Source of the DNA: Candidatus Bathyarchaeota archaeon
GTDB taxonomy: Archaea > Thermoproteota > Bathyarchaeia > 40CM-2-53-6 > RBG-13-38-9
DNA length: 64,000 nt
Direction: 5' to 3'
Assembly (NCBI GenBank): GCA_963807605.1
Contig: CAWECG010000001.1
Span: forward strand, 128,001-192,000
A model generated the notes under the pieces. It saw only the letters and a list, made by a program, of their open reading frames with translations, was not told the origin of the DNA and did no database searches. The translations under genes were made by a program, and so were the position numbers. The first letter of the stretch is position 1; each line of letters begins with the position of its first letter. Shown piece after piece: positions 28,738 to 39,103 of this stretch.

Positions 28738-29933
28738 ATGAGCAGGAAATAATTGACGTCGAAAAGGTCCACATGGCAAATGTCTATGCCAAGAAGAACC
28801 TCGTAATAGTCAGGGGTCAAGGGGCCAAGCTATGGGACGTCAACAACAGAGAATACATAGACTGCATGGGCAGCTACGGCGTCTCAATCGTTGGCCATTG
28901 CCATCCCAAAGTAGTTGAAGCAGTAAAAAAGCAATCTGAGACACTCATTTCATGTCACAGCTCATTATACAACGATTCAAGATCACAATTCCTTGAAAGG
29001 CTAGTTCAGATCACCCCAAAAGGTCTCGACAAAGCATACCTCTCGAACAGCGGTGCCGAAGCTGTAGAATGTGCCATCAAGCTGGCAAGAAAGTATTCCG
29101 GGAAGAAAGAGGTGATAGCAATGATGGGCGCCTATCATGGAAAAACGATGGGAGCACTTTCAGCCACATGGGATAAGAAATACCGTGAGCCCTTTCTACC
29201 ATTAGTTCCCGGCTTCAAGCACGTACCCTACGGAAATTCAACAAAGCTCAAAGGAGCTCTTACCGAGGAGACTGCAGCTGTAATGGTTGAGCCGATACAG
29301 GGCGAAGGAGGAGTGCGAATCCCCCCTGATGGTTACCTAAAAGAGGTTAGAGAGATCTGCGACGAGAAAGGAATCCTTATGGTGGCAGATGAAGTTCAGA
29401 CTGGCTTCGGCCGGACTGGGAAGGTCTTTGCATGCGAACATTCGAAAATCACTCCAGACATAATGTGTCTTGCAAAAGCCGTCGCCGGAGGTCTCCCTCT
29501 TGGAATAACACTCGCAACACAGGAAATCATGTCGTCACTTAGGGTAGGCGAACACTCGACAACCTTTGGTGGCAACCCACTTGTTTGCGCTGCGGCGAGA
29601 GCAGCTATCGACGTACTCATCGATGAAAGGCTTCCTGAGAGAGCCGCTGAACTCGGAGCCTACTTCATTGAGAAGCTGAAGAAGCTGCAGGCCGAACATA
29701 ATACGTTACGCGAAGTCAGAGGACTGGGCCTGATGATAGGTATCGAATCCAGATTCGATGTCTTTAATCTATTGCAGAATTTAATGTCCAGAGGAGTGAT
29801 CGCCTTGGACGCTGGAAGAAACATAGTCCGTTTTCTTCCACCATTGGTGATTTTAAGAGAACAACTTGACAAGGTAGCCGAATCCATGGATGCAGCCTTA
29901 GTGGGGGAAGAGGAAAATAGAGCACGAGGTTGA
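28734..29933 (+). CDS. lysJ: LysW-semialdehyde aminotransferase (ArgD family)
   Basis: [33 protein letters not shown]. Confidence 0.94.
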   Translation: MNEQEIIDVEKVHMANVYAKKNLVIVRGQGAKLWDVNNREYIDCMGSYGVSIVGHCHPKVVEAVKKQSETLISCHSSLYNDSRSQFLERLVQITPKGLDKAYLSNSGAEAVECAIKLARKYSGKKEVIAMMGAYHGKTMGALSATWDKKYREPFLPLVPGFKHVPYGNSTKLKGALTEETAAVMVEPIQGEGGVRIPPDGYLKEVREICDEKGILMVADEVQTGFGRTGKVFACEHSKITPDIMCLAKAVAGGLPLGITLATQEIMSSLRVGEHSTTFGGNPLVCAAARAAIDVLIDERLPERAAELGAYFIEKLKKLQAEHNTLREVRGLGLMIGIESRFDVFNLLQNLMSRGVIALDAGRNIVRFLPPLVILREQLDKVAESMDAALVGEEENRARG

Positions 29934-29934
29934 A

Positions 29935-31023
29935 GTGCTGGTCGAGATGCTCCGACGGTATAGTCCCAGCGGAGAAGAAAGAAATCTCGCAGAGTATCTC
30001 AGAAAGGAACTGGAAGGGAACAATTTCAACGTGCACCTAGATGATGCTGGAAATGTGATAGGCACACGAGGTAAGGGCCCTCCAACGCTGCTACTGTGTG
30101 GGCATATGGATACAGTTCCCGGAAAGCTGGAGGTTAGAGTCGAAGGAGACGTTATTTACGGGAGAGGCGCCGTCGACGCAAAAGCCCCGCTTGCGAGTAT
30201 GATCGTGGGTGCATCCAAGAGTGCTGAACAGATGGGCAAGATAATAGTGGCTTGTGCTGTGGACGAGGAAGGGCAAGGAAAGGGAATAAGGCAACTGATT
30301 AACGACGATGTTCAAGCAGACTATGCAATATTTGGAGAACCGAGCAGATCGTGGAATGTTACCATCGGCTACAAAGGAAGCCTACACCTATTGTTAGAAT
30401 GCACCGGTGAGACTGGCCATTCATCAGCACCTTGGCTCTTCGACAACGCGATCGAGAAGACCTACAAATTTTGGGAAGCGATGAAGGGGTATCGCTTCGA
30501 AGAGGAGAAGGCCGAAAGCCGCTTCTACTCAGTGACTTGGTGCTTGACCAGATTGAATGGGGGAGGCTCCTCGAGTGTGATTCCGTCACGATGCGAGGCA
30601 GAGATAGATATTCGCACTCCTCCACAAATCCCACCTGAGGTCGTATTAAGCAGGCTTGAGGGACTCCTCGAGGAATTCAGCAAGACCAACCCAAAGACGA
30701 AACTGAAGTTGAACTCTATGGGTACCGTTCAAGCATACGAGTCTGACTCCAGATCTCTACTCGTCAGGGCCCTAACCTACGCCATCAGAAAGATCTTTCA
30801 ACAATCACCAACACTTCTGAGGAAGACGGGCACGGGCGATATGAATGAACTGGGATCTACATTGAAGATACCGATGGTATCGTACGGACCCGGTGACTCA
30901 CATCTTGACCACACATCCGACGAGCATATCTCGATATCAGAGTACCTATCGAGCATCAAGGTCTACCAAGAAGCCATTTCCAGACTATTCGACCTACATA
31001 GATCCCGAGAACGAGGTGACTGA
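29935..31023 (+). CDS. lysK: LysW-lysine/ornithine hydrolase (M20)
   Basis: [35 protein letters not shown]. Confidence 0.94.
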   Translation: MLVEMLRRYSPSGEERNLAEYLRKELEGNNFNVHLDDAGNVIGTRGKGPPTLLLCGHMDTVPGKLEVRVEGDVIYGRGAVDAKAPLASMIVGASKSAEQMGKIIVACAVDEEGQGKGIRQLINDDVQADYAIFGEPSRSWNVTIGYKGSLHLLLECTGETGHSSAPWLFDNAIEKTYKFWEAMKGYRFEEEKAESRFYSVTWCLTRLNGGGSSSVIPSRCEAEIDIRTPPQIPPEVVLSRLEGLLEEFSKTNPKTKLKLNSMGTVQAYESDSRSLLVRALTYAIRKIFQQSPTLLRKTGTGDMNELGSTLKIPMVSYGPGDSHLDHTSDEHISISEYLSSIKVYQEAISRLFDLHRSRERGD

Positions 31024-32419
31024 GCTGAGCAGCAGAAAGATCACTCACGATGTTCTACTTCTCGATACAACCTTGAGGGAAGGAGAACAGACTCCGGGAG
31101 TCACTTTCACAATAGAAGAGAAACTCGAAATAGCCAAGAAACTGGACGAAATAGGCATCGATATGATCGAGGCTGGAGACCCCAATGTCTCAAGCGATGT
31201 CAAGGAAGCCATCCGAAGGATTGCGAAGGAGGGGCTGAAAGCCGAGATACTTGCTCACTGCAGGGCCTTGATCCCCGACGTAGAGAACGCTGCCTCATGC
31301 GAGGTCGATAGAATCGCAATATTCCTAGGTACTTCAAAGTCTCACCTCCAATACAAGCTGAAGAAAGATGAAGACAAGGCGATCGAATTAGTCTCAAAGG
31401 CGATAGAACATGCCAAGGACCAAGGATTGAAGGTCAGGTTCACTGCTGAGGACGCATCGAGGACTGACCGCGGTTTTCTTTTGAGAATCTGCAGGGAAGC
31501 ACAGGATACTGGGGCAGATAGGATAAGCATCCCCGACACAGTTGGAATAATGATGCCAGATGCTGTCCGTGAACTATTTCAGGATCTCAGTCATGAACTC
31601 AAAGCCCAACTGGACACACATTGCCACAACGACCTCGGCCTTGCTACCGCCAATACCTTGGCAGGACTTGAGGGAGGGGCTACCGCAGCTCATGTCACTA
31701 TCAACGGCCTAGGGGAGAGGAGCGGAATAGCGCCACTTAGCGAAGTCGCGGTTGCCCTGAAAGTGCATTATGGAATCGAGACTGTTAAGCTCGAATCTCT
31801 ACCTGCATTATCGCTTTTGATTGAACGGTTTAGCGGTATTGTCCCCGCGCCAAACACGCCTATAATTGGAGAGAACGCCTTCACCCACAAGGCAGGCATT
31901 CATGTCGCAGGTGTCTTGGCTAATCCGTCAACTTACGAGGGTTTTCCGCCAGACTTGATCGGTAGACAAAGGGACATAATCATAGACAAGTATACGGGGA
32001 TTCATGCAGTCAGATCGAGGCTCGAGAGATTGGGTGTCTCTCTCAACGAGAATCAACTTACGAGCGTCGTCCAAGCCATAAAAGAGAGACCGACCATCAG
32101 CAGATTTAGAGACGCAGATATAATTGAGTTAGCCGAGCGAGTGACTGGTAAAACCCTCAAGGCTCAGGTTCCCAGCAAAGTGGAAGCTCTCTTGAGAGTA
32201 AAGTGTGAATCAAACGTTTACACAACGGCGATAGCTAGGAAAATCCGGGCTCTCAAGAAAGTAACCAAGGTGTACGAGGTAACTGGAAATTACGACATCG
32301 AAGCTACTATAACCGCCGATTCTACCTTCGACCTGAATGAAATCCTGGAGAGGATAAGAGAGATTGAGGGTGTCGAAGCAACCGAGACTCAACTGGTTTT
32401 GAAAAAGTTTGAGACATAG
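31016..32419 (+). CDS. Homocitrate synthase with C-terminal RAM (Lrp-type) domain
   Basis: DTTLREGEQ, HCHNDLG, FTHKAGIH; tail EVTGNYDI..EIEGVEATETQLVL; last gene of the lys operon. Confidence 0.85.
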   Translation: MTELSSRKITHDVLLLDTTLREGEQTPGVTFTIEEKLEIAKKLDEIGIDMIEAGDPNVSSDVKEAIRRIAKEGLKAEILAHCRALIPDVENAASCEVDRIAIFLGTSKSHLQYKLKKDEDKAIELVSKAIEHAKDQGLKVRFTAEDASRTDRGFLLRICREAQDTGADRISIPDTVGIMMPDAVRELFQDLSHELKAQLDTHCHNDLGLATANTLAGLEGGATAAHVTINGLGERSGIAPLSEVAVALKVHYGIETVKLESLPALSLLIERFSGIVPAPNTPIIGENAFTHKAGIHVAGVLANPSTYEGFPPDLIGRQRDIIIDKYTGIHAVRSRLERLGVSLNENQLTSVVQAIKERPTISRFRDADIIELAERVTGKTLKAQVPSKVEALLRVKCESNVYTTAIARKIRALKKVTKVYEVTGNYDIEATITADSTFDLNEILERIREIEGVEATETQLVLKKFET

Positions 32420-32490
32420 ACTTTCACCAATAAACTTATAGGCAAATGAAAAGATTTTATGCAAGAAACCGGGCGATGAGTGAAGGCGAG

Positions 32491-32574
32491 ATGTTACCAG
32501 TGGCATATCCAAGACTCCCCCATTGCTTGAAGTTGATAGCGCTGCTCATCGTCGTTTTAGTACTTCTAGTGTAG
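32491..32574 (+). CDS. Leu/Ile/Val-rich leader peptide (27 aa) upstream of ilvB
   Basis: MLPVAYPRLPHCLKLIALLIVVLVLLV*; 13 of the last 15 codons are Leu/Ile/Val; ends 67 nt before ilvB. Confidence 0.75.
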   Translation: MLPVAYPRLPHCLKLIALLIVVLVLLV

Positions 32575-32636
32575 CCTGAGCAGCGAACTCTCTGTTATTG
32601 CTGCGCGGGTCGTATAAAACAACAGTAGAGATGATA
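32540..32636 (+). promoter_or_regulatory. Putative attenuator with alternative RNA helices
   Basis: CGCTGCTCA/TGAGCAGCG versus CCTGAGCAGCGA/TTGCTGCGCGGG versus CTCTCTGTT/AACAGTAGAG, the last overlapping the ilvB RBS region. Confidence 0.65.
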
Positions 32637-32641
32637 AAAAT

Positions 32642-34321
32642 TTGGTGAAATTAACCGGCGCCAAGGCGCTGGTGGAATCGCTGGAAAGAGAGAAAGTACA
32701 GACTATGTTCGGCATACCAGGTGGGCAGATAATGCCTGTCTACGACGTACTACTGGACTCTAAGATCAGACACATACTCGCAAGACACGAACAATCGGCA
32801 GCCCACATGGCAGATGGGTATGCAAGGGCTGGCGGAAGAACCGGAGTCTGTATGGCAACCTCTGGTCCTGGGGCCACGAATTTGGTGACTGGATTAGCTA
32901 CTGCACACTTAGACTCATCACCAATAGTGGCTGTGACAGGCCAAGTTCCCACCCCACAGATAGGTCTTGATGCTTTCCAAGAGGCGGATATAATAGGCAT
33001 AGGAAGTCCAGTTACCAAATACAGCTTCCAACCGCGTAAGGCTGAGGAGATACCATTAGCCGTTAAGCAAGCCTTCTTCATAGCCCAGACAGGAAGAAAA
33101 GGTCCCGTCCTAATAGATCTACCCAGAGATGTTCAATTAGAGTCGGCTGAAATGGAATTTCCAGATAGGGTTGAGATTAGAGGATACAGAACAGTCTACA
33201 AGCCAGACCCAGAGAAAATAGGCCGAGCGGCAGAGATGTTGGTCAGAGCTGAGAGGCCGCTTATACTAGCAGGCGGAGGAGTAAGTCTAGCAAATGCTTC
33301 TAGCGGGTTACAAAAACTATCTGAATTACTCTTGGCACCGGTCGCTACCTCATTAATGGGTAAAGGTACTTTCCCAGAAGATCATCCTCTTTCCATAGGC
33401 ACCATAGGAATGCACGGTACAAGAGAAGCTAACCAGTTGATCTACGAAACTGACATCCTATTAGCTATCGGTTGCCGATTCAGTGACAGAACAACTGGAA
33501 AGGTGGATGAGTTCTGCCCAACCTCACACGTCATACATATAGACATCGATCCCACGGAGATTGGAAAGAACAAGTGTGTGAATCTCGCAATAGTAAGTGA
33601 TGCAGGCATGGCACTCGAAGAACTCTGCAGCGCATTGCGTAGGAAAATAGAATCGAGAAAGGACACCCCTTGGTCGAGGAAAGTTAAGGAAGTCAAAGAA
33701 TCCTTCGCAAACAAGATAGAAAACTCTGGCAAAGAGTTGACTCCCCCAAAGATCCTAAAAGAACTTCGTAGATTGTTGCCATTGCAGTCAATAGTCACGA
33801 CTGAAGTAGGTCAGAATCAAATGTGGGCTTCACTATACTTTAAGGCTCTGCAGCCACGCACTTTCATCACTTCAGGCGGATTTGGATGTATGGGATACGG
33901 TTTTCCCGCCTCTCTGGGTGCGAAAGTCGCCAAGCCTGACGTGCCAGTCCTGGACATAGCTGGAGACGGAAGCTTCCAGATGACAGAAAACTCTCTGGCA
34001 ACGTCGATATCTGAGAAGATACCCGTCACAGTCTTGATACTCAATAACAGGATGTTGGGAATGGTTGCACAGTGGCAGAGGCTGTTCTACAACCGGAGAT
34101 ACTCCGCCGTTCAGTTAGGTAAAGTTCCAGACTTTGCGAGACTCGCCGAGGCCTACGGAGCTGAGGGAATACGCGTCGGCTCGATCAAGGAAATGTCGGA
34201 AGCAGTCAAGAAATCCTTACGAAGCGATGTTACAACAGTCATAGACGTCCCAATCGATCCCGAAGAAAACGTATTGCCAATGGTGCCTGGAGGATACGGC
34301 CTGAAAGATGTCATAGGGTGA
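32642..34321 (+). CDS. ilvB: Acetolactate synthase large subunit
   Basis: RHEQSAAHMADGYAR, TSGPGATN, GDGSFQM, LGMVAQWQ. Confidence 0.97.
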   Translation: MVKLTGAKALVESLEREKVQTMFGIPGGQIMPVYDVLLDSKIRHILARHEQSAAHMADGYARAGGRTGVCMATSGPGATNLVTGLATAHLDSSPIVAVTGQVPTPQIGLDAFQEADIIGIGSPVTKYSFQPRKAEEIPLAVKQAFFIAQTGRKGPVLIDLPRDVQLESAEMEFPDRVEIRGYRTVYKPDPEKIGRAAEMLVRAERPLILAGGGVSLANASSGLQKLSELLLAPVATSLMGKGTFPEDHPLSIGTIGMHGTREANQLIYETDILLAIGCRFSDRTTGKVDEFCPTSHVIHIDIDPTEIGKNKCVNLAIVSDAGMALEELCSALRRKIESRKDTPWSRKVKEVKESFANKIENSGKELTPPKILKELRRLLPLQSIVTTEVGQNQMWASLYFKALQPRTFITSGGFGCMGYGFPASLGAKVAKPDVPVLDIAGDGSFQMTENSLATSISEKIPVTVLILNNRMLGMVAQWQRLFYNRRYSAVQLGKVPDFARLAEAYGAEGIRVGSIKEMSEAVKKSLRSDVTTVIDVPIDPEENVLPMVPGGYGLKDVIG

Positions 34322-34323
34322 AA

Positions 34324-34834
34324 ATGTTGACAAAGACATTTGTAATATCCGCATTGGTTGAACATAAACCAGGTGTTCTCTATAAGGTCTCGAACATGTT
34401 CTGGCGCCGCGGCTTCAACATTGAGAGCGTATCCATTGGAACTGCGGAGAAGGAAGACTTGGCTAGAATGACGATAACTATCAAGGGTGAGGAGAAAGAT
34501 GCCGAGCAGCTTGTCGGCCAGCTTGAGAAACTGATAGATGTCCTCAAAGCTCAACGGCTCGACCCGGAAAAAGCCGTTATGAGAGAGCTTGCCCTCATCA
34601 AACTCAGCGCCGTAGACCAAAAGAATCCGCTCGGACATCTTCCATTACGTCGAGGTATTTAGGGGAAGGATAGTTGATGTCTCCCCGGAGACGGCTACCG
34701 TCGAGATAGTTGGGAGTAAGGACAAGATAGACGCGTTCATCAATCTGACGCGCAACTTCGGGTTAGTGGAGGTTGCTAGGACCGGTGAGACTGCTCTTAT
34801 AAGGGGACCAGAATCTGTAAGGATAAGCGAATAA
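34324..34834 (+). CDS. ilvN: Acetolactate synthase small subunit, +1 frameshift near 34624
   Basis: KPGVL..RRGFNIES; shifted frame RSDIFHYVEVFRGRIVDV..EVARTG. Confidence 0.93.
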
Positions 34835-34847
34835 GGTGATTTAGAGT

Positions 34848-35852
34848 ATGGCAAAAGTATTTCACGACAAAGATGCAGACCTAAAGTATCTTGAAGGAAA
34901 GACCATAGCCGTTATCGGCTACGGTAACCAAGGGCACGCTCAAGCCCTGACATTCAGAGACTCGGGCATCAACGTAGTAGTAGGCTTAAGACCTGGAGGA
35001 AAATCCTGGAAATTGGCGGAGCAGGAAGGGTTCAAACCTCTAACAGTGGACGAGGCAGCGAAGAAGGCGGACATCATACACATGCTGTTTCCAGACCTTG
35101 AACAGCCGGCAGTCTACAAGAAATCCATCGAACCGAACCTCAAAGCCGGCAAGACAATCAGCTGCTCACACGCATACAATATACACTTCAAACAGATAAT
35201 CCCGCCAAAGAACGTAGACGTCATCATGGTGGCGCCGAAGAGCCCCGGCTCAAGACTCAGAGAGATCTACAAGCAAGGCTTCGGTGTACCTGCGCTAATA
35301 GCGGTCTACCAAGACGTCTCCGGCAAAGCGAAAGGGACAGTGCTTGCAATGGCCAAAGCTTTGGGCGCAACGAAGGCAGGAGTGATAGAGACGACATTCA
35401 AAGAAGAAGCCGAGACCGACATAATAGGCGAACAGATAGTCCTCGGAGGGGGATCAATGGAACTGATCAAGAAGGGCTTCGAAGTCCTCGTTGAGGCGGG
35501 CTATCAACCTGAACTCGCATACTTCGAGGTTGCTAATGAGCTGAAGCTCATGGTCGATCTTCTCTACGAAGGCGGGCTAACTAGGATGATGAAGATGATA
35601 TCCCACACGGCGCAGTACGGTAGCATGACCGTCGGTCCTCGAGTGATAGATGACCACGTGAAGGAGAACATGCGCAAGGTTGTAAAATTCGTTCAGAGCG
35701 GTGAATTCGCAAGAGAGTGGAGCGGTGACCCTCAGAAGAGCATGGAGAGACTGAACAAGCTGATGAAGGAGCTTGAGGAACACCCGGTAGAGAAGGTTGG
35801 GAAAACAATCAGACAGATGGCTGGAACCGAGAGAGGTGCCACTGCCTACTGA
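34848..35852 (+). CDS. ilvC: Ketol-acid reductoisomerase
   Basis: [34 protein letters not shown]. Confidence 0.97.
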   Translation: MAKVFHDKDADLKYLEGKTIAVIGYGNQGHAQALTFRDSGINVVVGLRPGGKSWKLAEQEGFKPLTVDEAAKKADIIHMLFPDLEQPAVYKKSIEPNLKAGKTISCSHAYNIHFKQIIPPKNVDVIMVAPKSPGSRLREIYKQGFGVPALIAVYQDVSGKAKGTVLAMAKALGATKAGVIETTFKEEAETDIIGEQIVLGGGSMELIKKGFEVLVEAGYQPELAYFEVANELKLMVDLLYEGGLTRMMKMISHTAQYGSMTVGPRVIDDHVKENMRKVVKFVQSGEFAREWSGDPQKSMERLNKLMKELEEHPVEKVGKTIRQMAGTERGATAY

Positions 35853-35912
35853 CTGTGATCAATGAATTCCATACCTAGCATTCGAAAACCATGCGAAAAT
35901 CACTCTTTTTTT

Positions 35913-35940
35913 CCGAAAACTCTTTATTAGAGTACGATAT
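35913..35940 (+). promoter_or_regulatory. BRE/TATA promoter with GTACGATAT box (leuC/hacA)
   Basis: CCGAAAACTCTTTATTAGAGTACGATAT, same layout as 25774-25800. Confidence 0.55.
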
Positions 35941-35971
35941 GATGTTTAGGCAACATGGCAGGCTATGAAAA

Positions 35972-37234
35972 TTGAACATATTCGAAAAGATCCTCGCTAG
36001 GGCATCGGAAAGAAAGGAAGTAACCCCAGGGGAGATAGTCGAAGCAAACATCGATATGGCGATGATTCACGACCTAACCGGTCCTCTAACAGTGGACTCC
36101 TTCCGTAAGATTGGCGCCGAGAAAGTATGGGACCCAAAGAAGATAGTGGTAATTTTTGACCACTTGGTTCCTCCAAGCACCGTCAGGGCTGCTACCCTCC
36201 AAAAAGGAGTCAGAGAATTCGTGAGAGAACAAGGAATCAGAAGCTTCTACGATGTCGGCCAAGGAGGGGTCTGCCACCAAGTCTTTCATGAGAAGGGATA
36301 TGCAAGACCCGGTGAACTGGTCGTCGGTGCCGACTCACACACATGCACCTACGGAGCACTAGGAGCCTTAGCTACTGGAATAGGATCAACCGAGATGGCA
36401 GCAGTCTTTACAACAGGAAGAATGTGGTTCAAAGTGCCTAAAGTCATGAAGATCCATACTAGCGGAAAATTCGAGAAAAATGTTACCTCAAAGGATCTCA
36501 TACTAAGAATAATCGGAGATATTGGAGAGGGTGGAGCAATATACAAGGGAATGGAATTCACAGGTCCAACATTCACAAACATGAGCATTGATGGAAGATT
36601 AACAGTATGTAATATGGTGGTCGAGGCAGGAGCAAAAGCAGGCATAGTCCCGCCAGACAACAAAACCCTCACTTACGTCAGAGCAAGAACAAAGAAACCA
36701 TTCAAACCATTAAAAAGTGATAAAGACGAAGCTTATGAAGAGCAGCTAGAATACGATGTTTCAAAACTAGCTGCTCAAGTAGCCTGCCCCTCATCAGTTG
36801 ATAACGTCAAACCTGCATCTGAACTGTCTAACGTAAAAGTAGACCAAGTATTCATAGGATCATGCACAAACGGACGAATCGAAGATCTCAGGTTCGCTGC
36901 ATCAATCCTGAAGGGTAAAAACCTTCACCGCGATGTCCGAATGATCGTAAGCCCCTCATCCCAACAAGTATACAGCCAATGCCTCAAAGAGGGGCTGTTC
37001 CAAATATTCATGGAAGCTGGCGCAATAGTGACCAATGCAACGTGCGGGCCCTGTCTGGGTGGACATATGGGATTACTAGCTGCAGGAGAGGTCTGTATCA
37101 GTACCTCAAATCGTAATTTCATAGGCAGAATGGGAAGCCCTCAATCCTACGTTTACCTGGCTAATCCAGCTACAGCAGCAGCATCTGGAATAGCTGGATA
37201 CATAATCGATCCAAATGAATTGAGGAGGAGATGA
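35972..37234 (+). CDS. leuC: 3-isopropylmalate dehydratase / homoaconitase large subunit
   Basis: GADSHTCTYGA, GSCTNGRIEDL, CGPCLG, NRNFIGRMG; substrate not resolved. Confidence 0.9.
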   Translation: MNIFEKILARASERKEVTPGEIVEANIDMAMIHDLTGPLTVDSFRKIGAEKVWDPKKIVVIFDHLVPPSTVRAATLQKGVREFVREQGIRSFYDVGQGGVCHQVFHEKGYARPGELVVGADSHTCTYGALGALATGIGSTEMAAVFTTGRMWFKVPKVMKIHTSGKFEKNVTSKDLILRIIGDIGEGGAIYKGMEFTGPTFTNMSIDGRLTVCNMVVEAGAKAGIVPPDNKTLTYVRARTKKPFKPLKSDKDEAYEEQLEYDVSKLAAQVACPSSVDNVKPASELSNVKVDQVFIGSCTNGRIEDLRFAASILKGKNLHRDVRMIVSPSSQQVYSQCLKEGLFQIFMEAGAIVTNATCGPCLGGHMGLLAAGEVCISTSNRNFIGRMGSPQSYVYLANPATAAASGIAGYIIDPNELRRR

Positions 37235-37734
37235 AGTTGATCATTACTGCAAAAGCTGTAAAGTTTGGAAACAATATAAACACAGACGTAATCCTACCGG
37301 GTAAATATCTTGAATTGATCGATCCTAACGAACTAGGAAAACATGCATTGGAAGGACTTGATCCAACCTTCCCGCAGAGAGCAAAAGAAGGTGTAATAAT
37401 CGTAGGTGGCAAGAACTTCGGTTGCGGATCAAGCAGAGAACAAGCCCCAATAGCTCTAAAGGCGGCAGGAGTTAAATGTGTCCTCGCTGAGTCATTCGCA
37501 AGGATCTTCTATAGGAACGCGATAAACATAGGGCTGCCGGCCCTAGAATGCTCAGGCATCTCAGAAAAAACCAATGAAAGTGACTCGATCTCTATAAACT
37601 TGAAAGACGGAATTGTGGAAAACCACACTAAAGGAATCACCTTAAAGACCTCCCCTATGCCCGAGTTTATCATGAATCTATTAGAAGAAGGAGGCCTCAT
37701 CCCTCATACAAGAGGCCTGATCGGTAAAAAATGA
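37231..37734 (+). CDS. leuD: 3-isopropylmalate dehydratase / homoaconitase small subunit
   Basis: NINTDVILPG, NFGCGSSREQA, FARIFYRNAIN. Confidence 0.9.
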   Translation: MKLIITAKAVKFGNNINTDVILPGKYLELIDPNELGKHALEGLDPTFPQRAKEGVIIVGGKNFGCGSSREQAPIALKAAGVKCVLAESFARIFYRNAINIGLPALECSGISEKTNESDSISINLKDGIVENHTKGITLKTSPMPEFIMNLLEEGGLIPHTRGLIGKK

Positions 37735-37814
37735 GAGAACATAACATCGCACTTATACCTGGCGATGGTATTGGCCCAGAACAGACTGAAGCTGCACTGA
37801 AGGTTTTAGAAGCG
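37731..37814 (+). pseudogene. 5' remnant of the native isopropylmalate/isocitrate dehydrogenase-family gene
   Basis: MREHNIALIPGDGIGPEQTEAALKVLEA; ATGA overlap with leuD; ends at AGCGCGCGCT. Confidence 0.88.
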
Positions 37815-37860
37815 CGCGCTAAGAGTATAAGAGAAAAATGCTAAGGAGAAAAGAAGAACG

Positions 37861-38922
37861 ATGAGAAAGAAATATAATGTCGCAGTAATTGGCGGTGACG
37901 GTACAGGTCCGGAAGTGGTAGCAGAAGGATTAAAAGTCCTGAAAGCAGCTTCGAATGAATTTGGTTTTTCGTATGATACGACAATGTTTGATTTCGGTGG
38001 TGAGCGGTACCTGAAGACCGGAAAAACAATTACCGATGAAGAACTGGAAGGATTGAAAAAGTTTGATGCGATCTATCTTGGTGCAATCGGACATCCGGAT
38101 GTAAAACCGGGAATTCTGGAGCAAGGAATTCTTCTCAAGATACGATTTGCGCTCGATCAGTATATTAATTTACGTCCGGTGAAACTCTATAATGAAGCCT
38201 TTTGTCCCTTAAAGGATAAGAAACCGGAAGATGTTGATTTCGTCGTTGTGCGTGAAAATTCCGAAGGCCTCTACAAAGGACTCGGCAGTTTTGAAAATAA
38301 AGGGACAAAAAATGAAGTAGCAATTCAAATATCGCACAATACACGGAAAGGCGTTGAACGCTGTATTCGCTATGCGTTTGAATACTGCAAGAAACGCAAC
38401 AGCAAGAAAAAGAAACTCACGCTCTGCGGAAAAACGAATGTCCTGACATATGCATGGGATCTCTGGCAGCGAACATTTGATGAAGTGAAAAAAGAATATC
38501 CAGACATTCAAACCGAGTATGTGAATGTTGATGCAACAACCATGTGGTTTGTAAAAAATCCAGAATGGTTTGATGTGATTGTTACTGATAATTTATTCGG
38601 TGATATTATCACTGATCTTGGAGCGATGGTGCAAGGCGGTATGGGTATCGCCGCGGGTGGCAATATTAATCCGGAAGGCGTTTCTATGTTTGAACCGATC
38701 GGCGGATCTGCACCAAAGTATACCGGGAAACATGTTATTAATCCGCTTGCAGGGATTTGCGCCCTTGGGATGCTTCTGGAAAATATCGGTGAAGAAAAAG
38801 CCGGCAAAGGCGTTGAGAATACAGTGATTCGTCTTGTTCAGACTAAGATAAGAAGCCTTTCAGCAGGAAAGATGGGGTATACCACCGAAGAAGTCGGCGA
38901 TATGGTTGCAGGCGGGTTATAA
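37861..38922 (+). CDS. leuB: 3-isopropylmalate dehydrogenase, apparently of foreign (bacterial-like) origin
   Basis: [50 protein letters not shown]; codon usage (ATT, TTT, GAA, CCG) unlike neighbours; AAGGAG upstream. Confidence 0.92.
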   Translation: MRKKYNVAVIGGDGTGPEVVAEGLKVLKAASNEFGFSYDTTMFDFGGERYLKTGKTITDEELEGLKKFDAIYLGAIGHPDVKPGILEQGILLKIRFALDQYINLRPVKLYNEAFCPLKDKKPEDVDFVVVRENSEGLYKGLGSFENKGTKNEVAIQISHNTRKGVERCIRYAFEYCKKRNSKKKKLTLCGKTNVLTYAWDLWQRTFDEVKKEYPDIQTEYVNVDATTMWFVKNPEWFDVIVTDNLFGDIITDLGAMVQGGMGIAAGGNINPEGVSMFEPIGGSAPKYTGKHVINPLAGICALGMLLENIGEEKAGKGVENTVIRLVQTKIRSLSAGKMGYTTEEVGDMVAGGL

Positions 38923-38942
38923 GAAAAACACGCGCGCGCTGT

Positions 38943-39101
38943 GAAAAGGAAGACGACACGAAGTGGACGAATGCAGCTAACGCAATTGAGGAAGCCTTCG
39001 TCAACAATCTAGAACAAGGCGTCTACACACCTGATCTTGGAGGGAAGAGTAGAACAGCGGAAGTTGGAAAAGCAATAGCACAACAAATAATCGAGGGATA
39101 A
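38943..39101 (+). pseudogene. 3' remnant of the native isopropylmalate/isocitrate dehydrogenase-family gene
   Basis: EKEDDTKWTNAANAIEEAFVNNLEQGVYTPDLGGKSRTAEVGKAIAQQIIEG*; stop lies 2 nt before the leuA ATG. Confidence 0.88.
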
Positions 39102-39103
39102 GA

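Noticed and set aside
31016-32419. Homocitrate synthase-RAM domain fusion as a novelty
   Set aside because: This architecture is already known from Sulfolobus homocitrate synthase.
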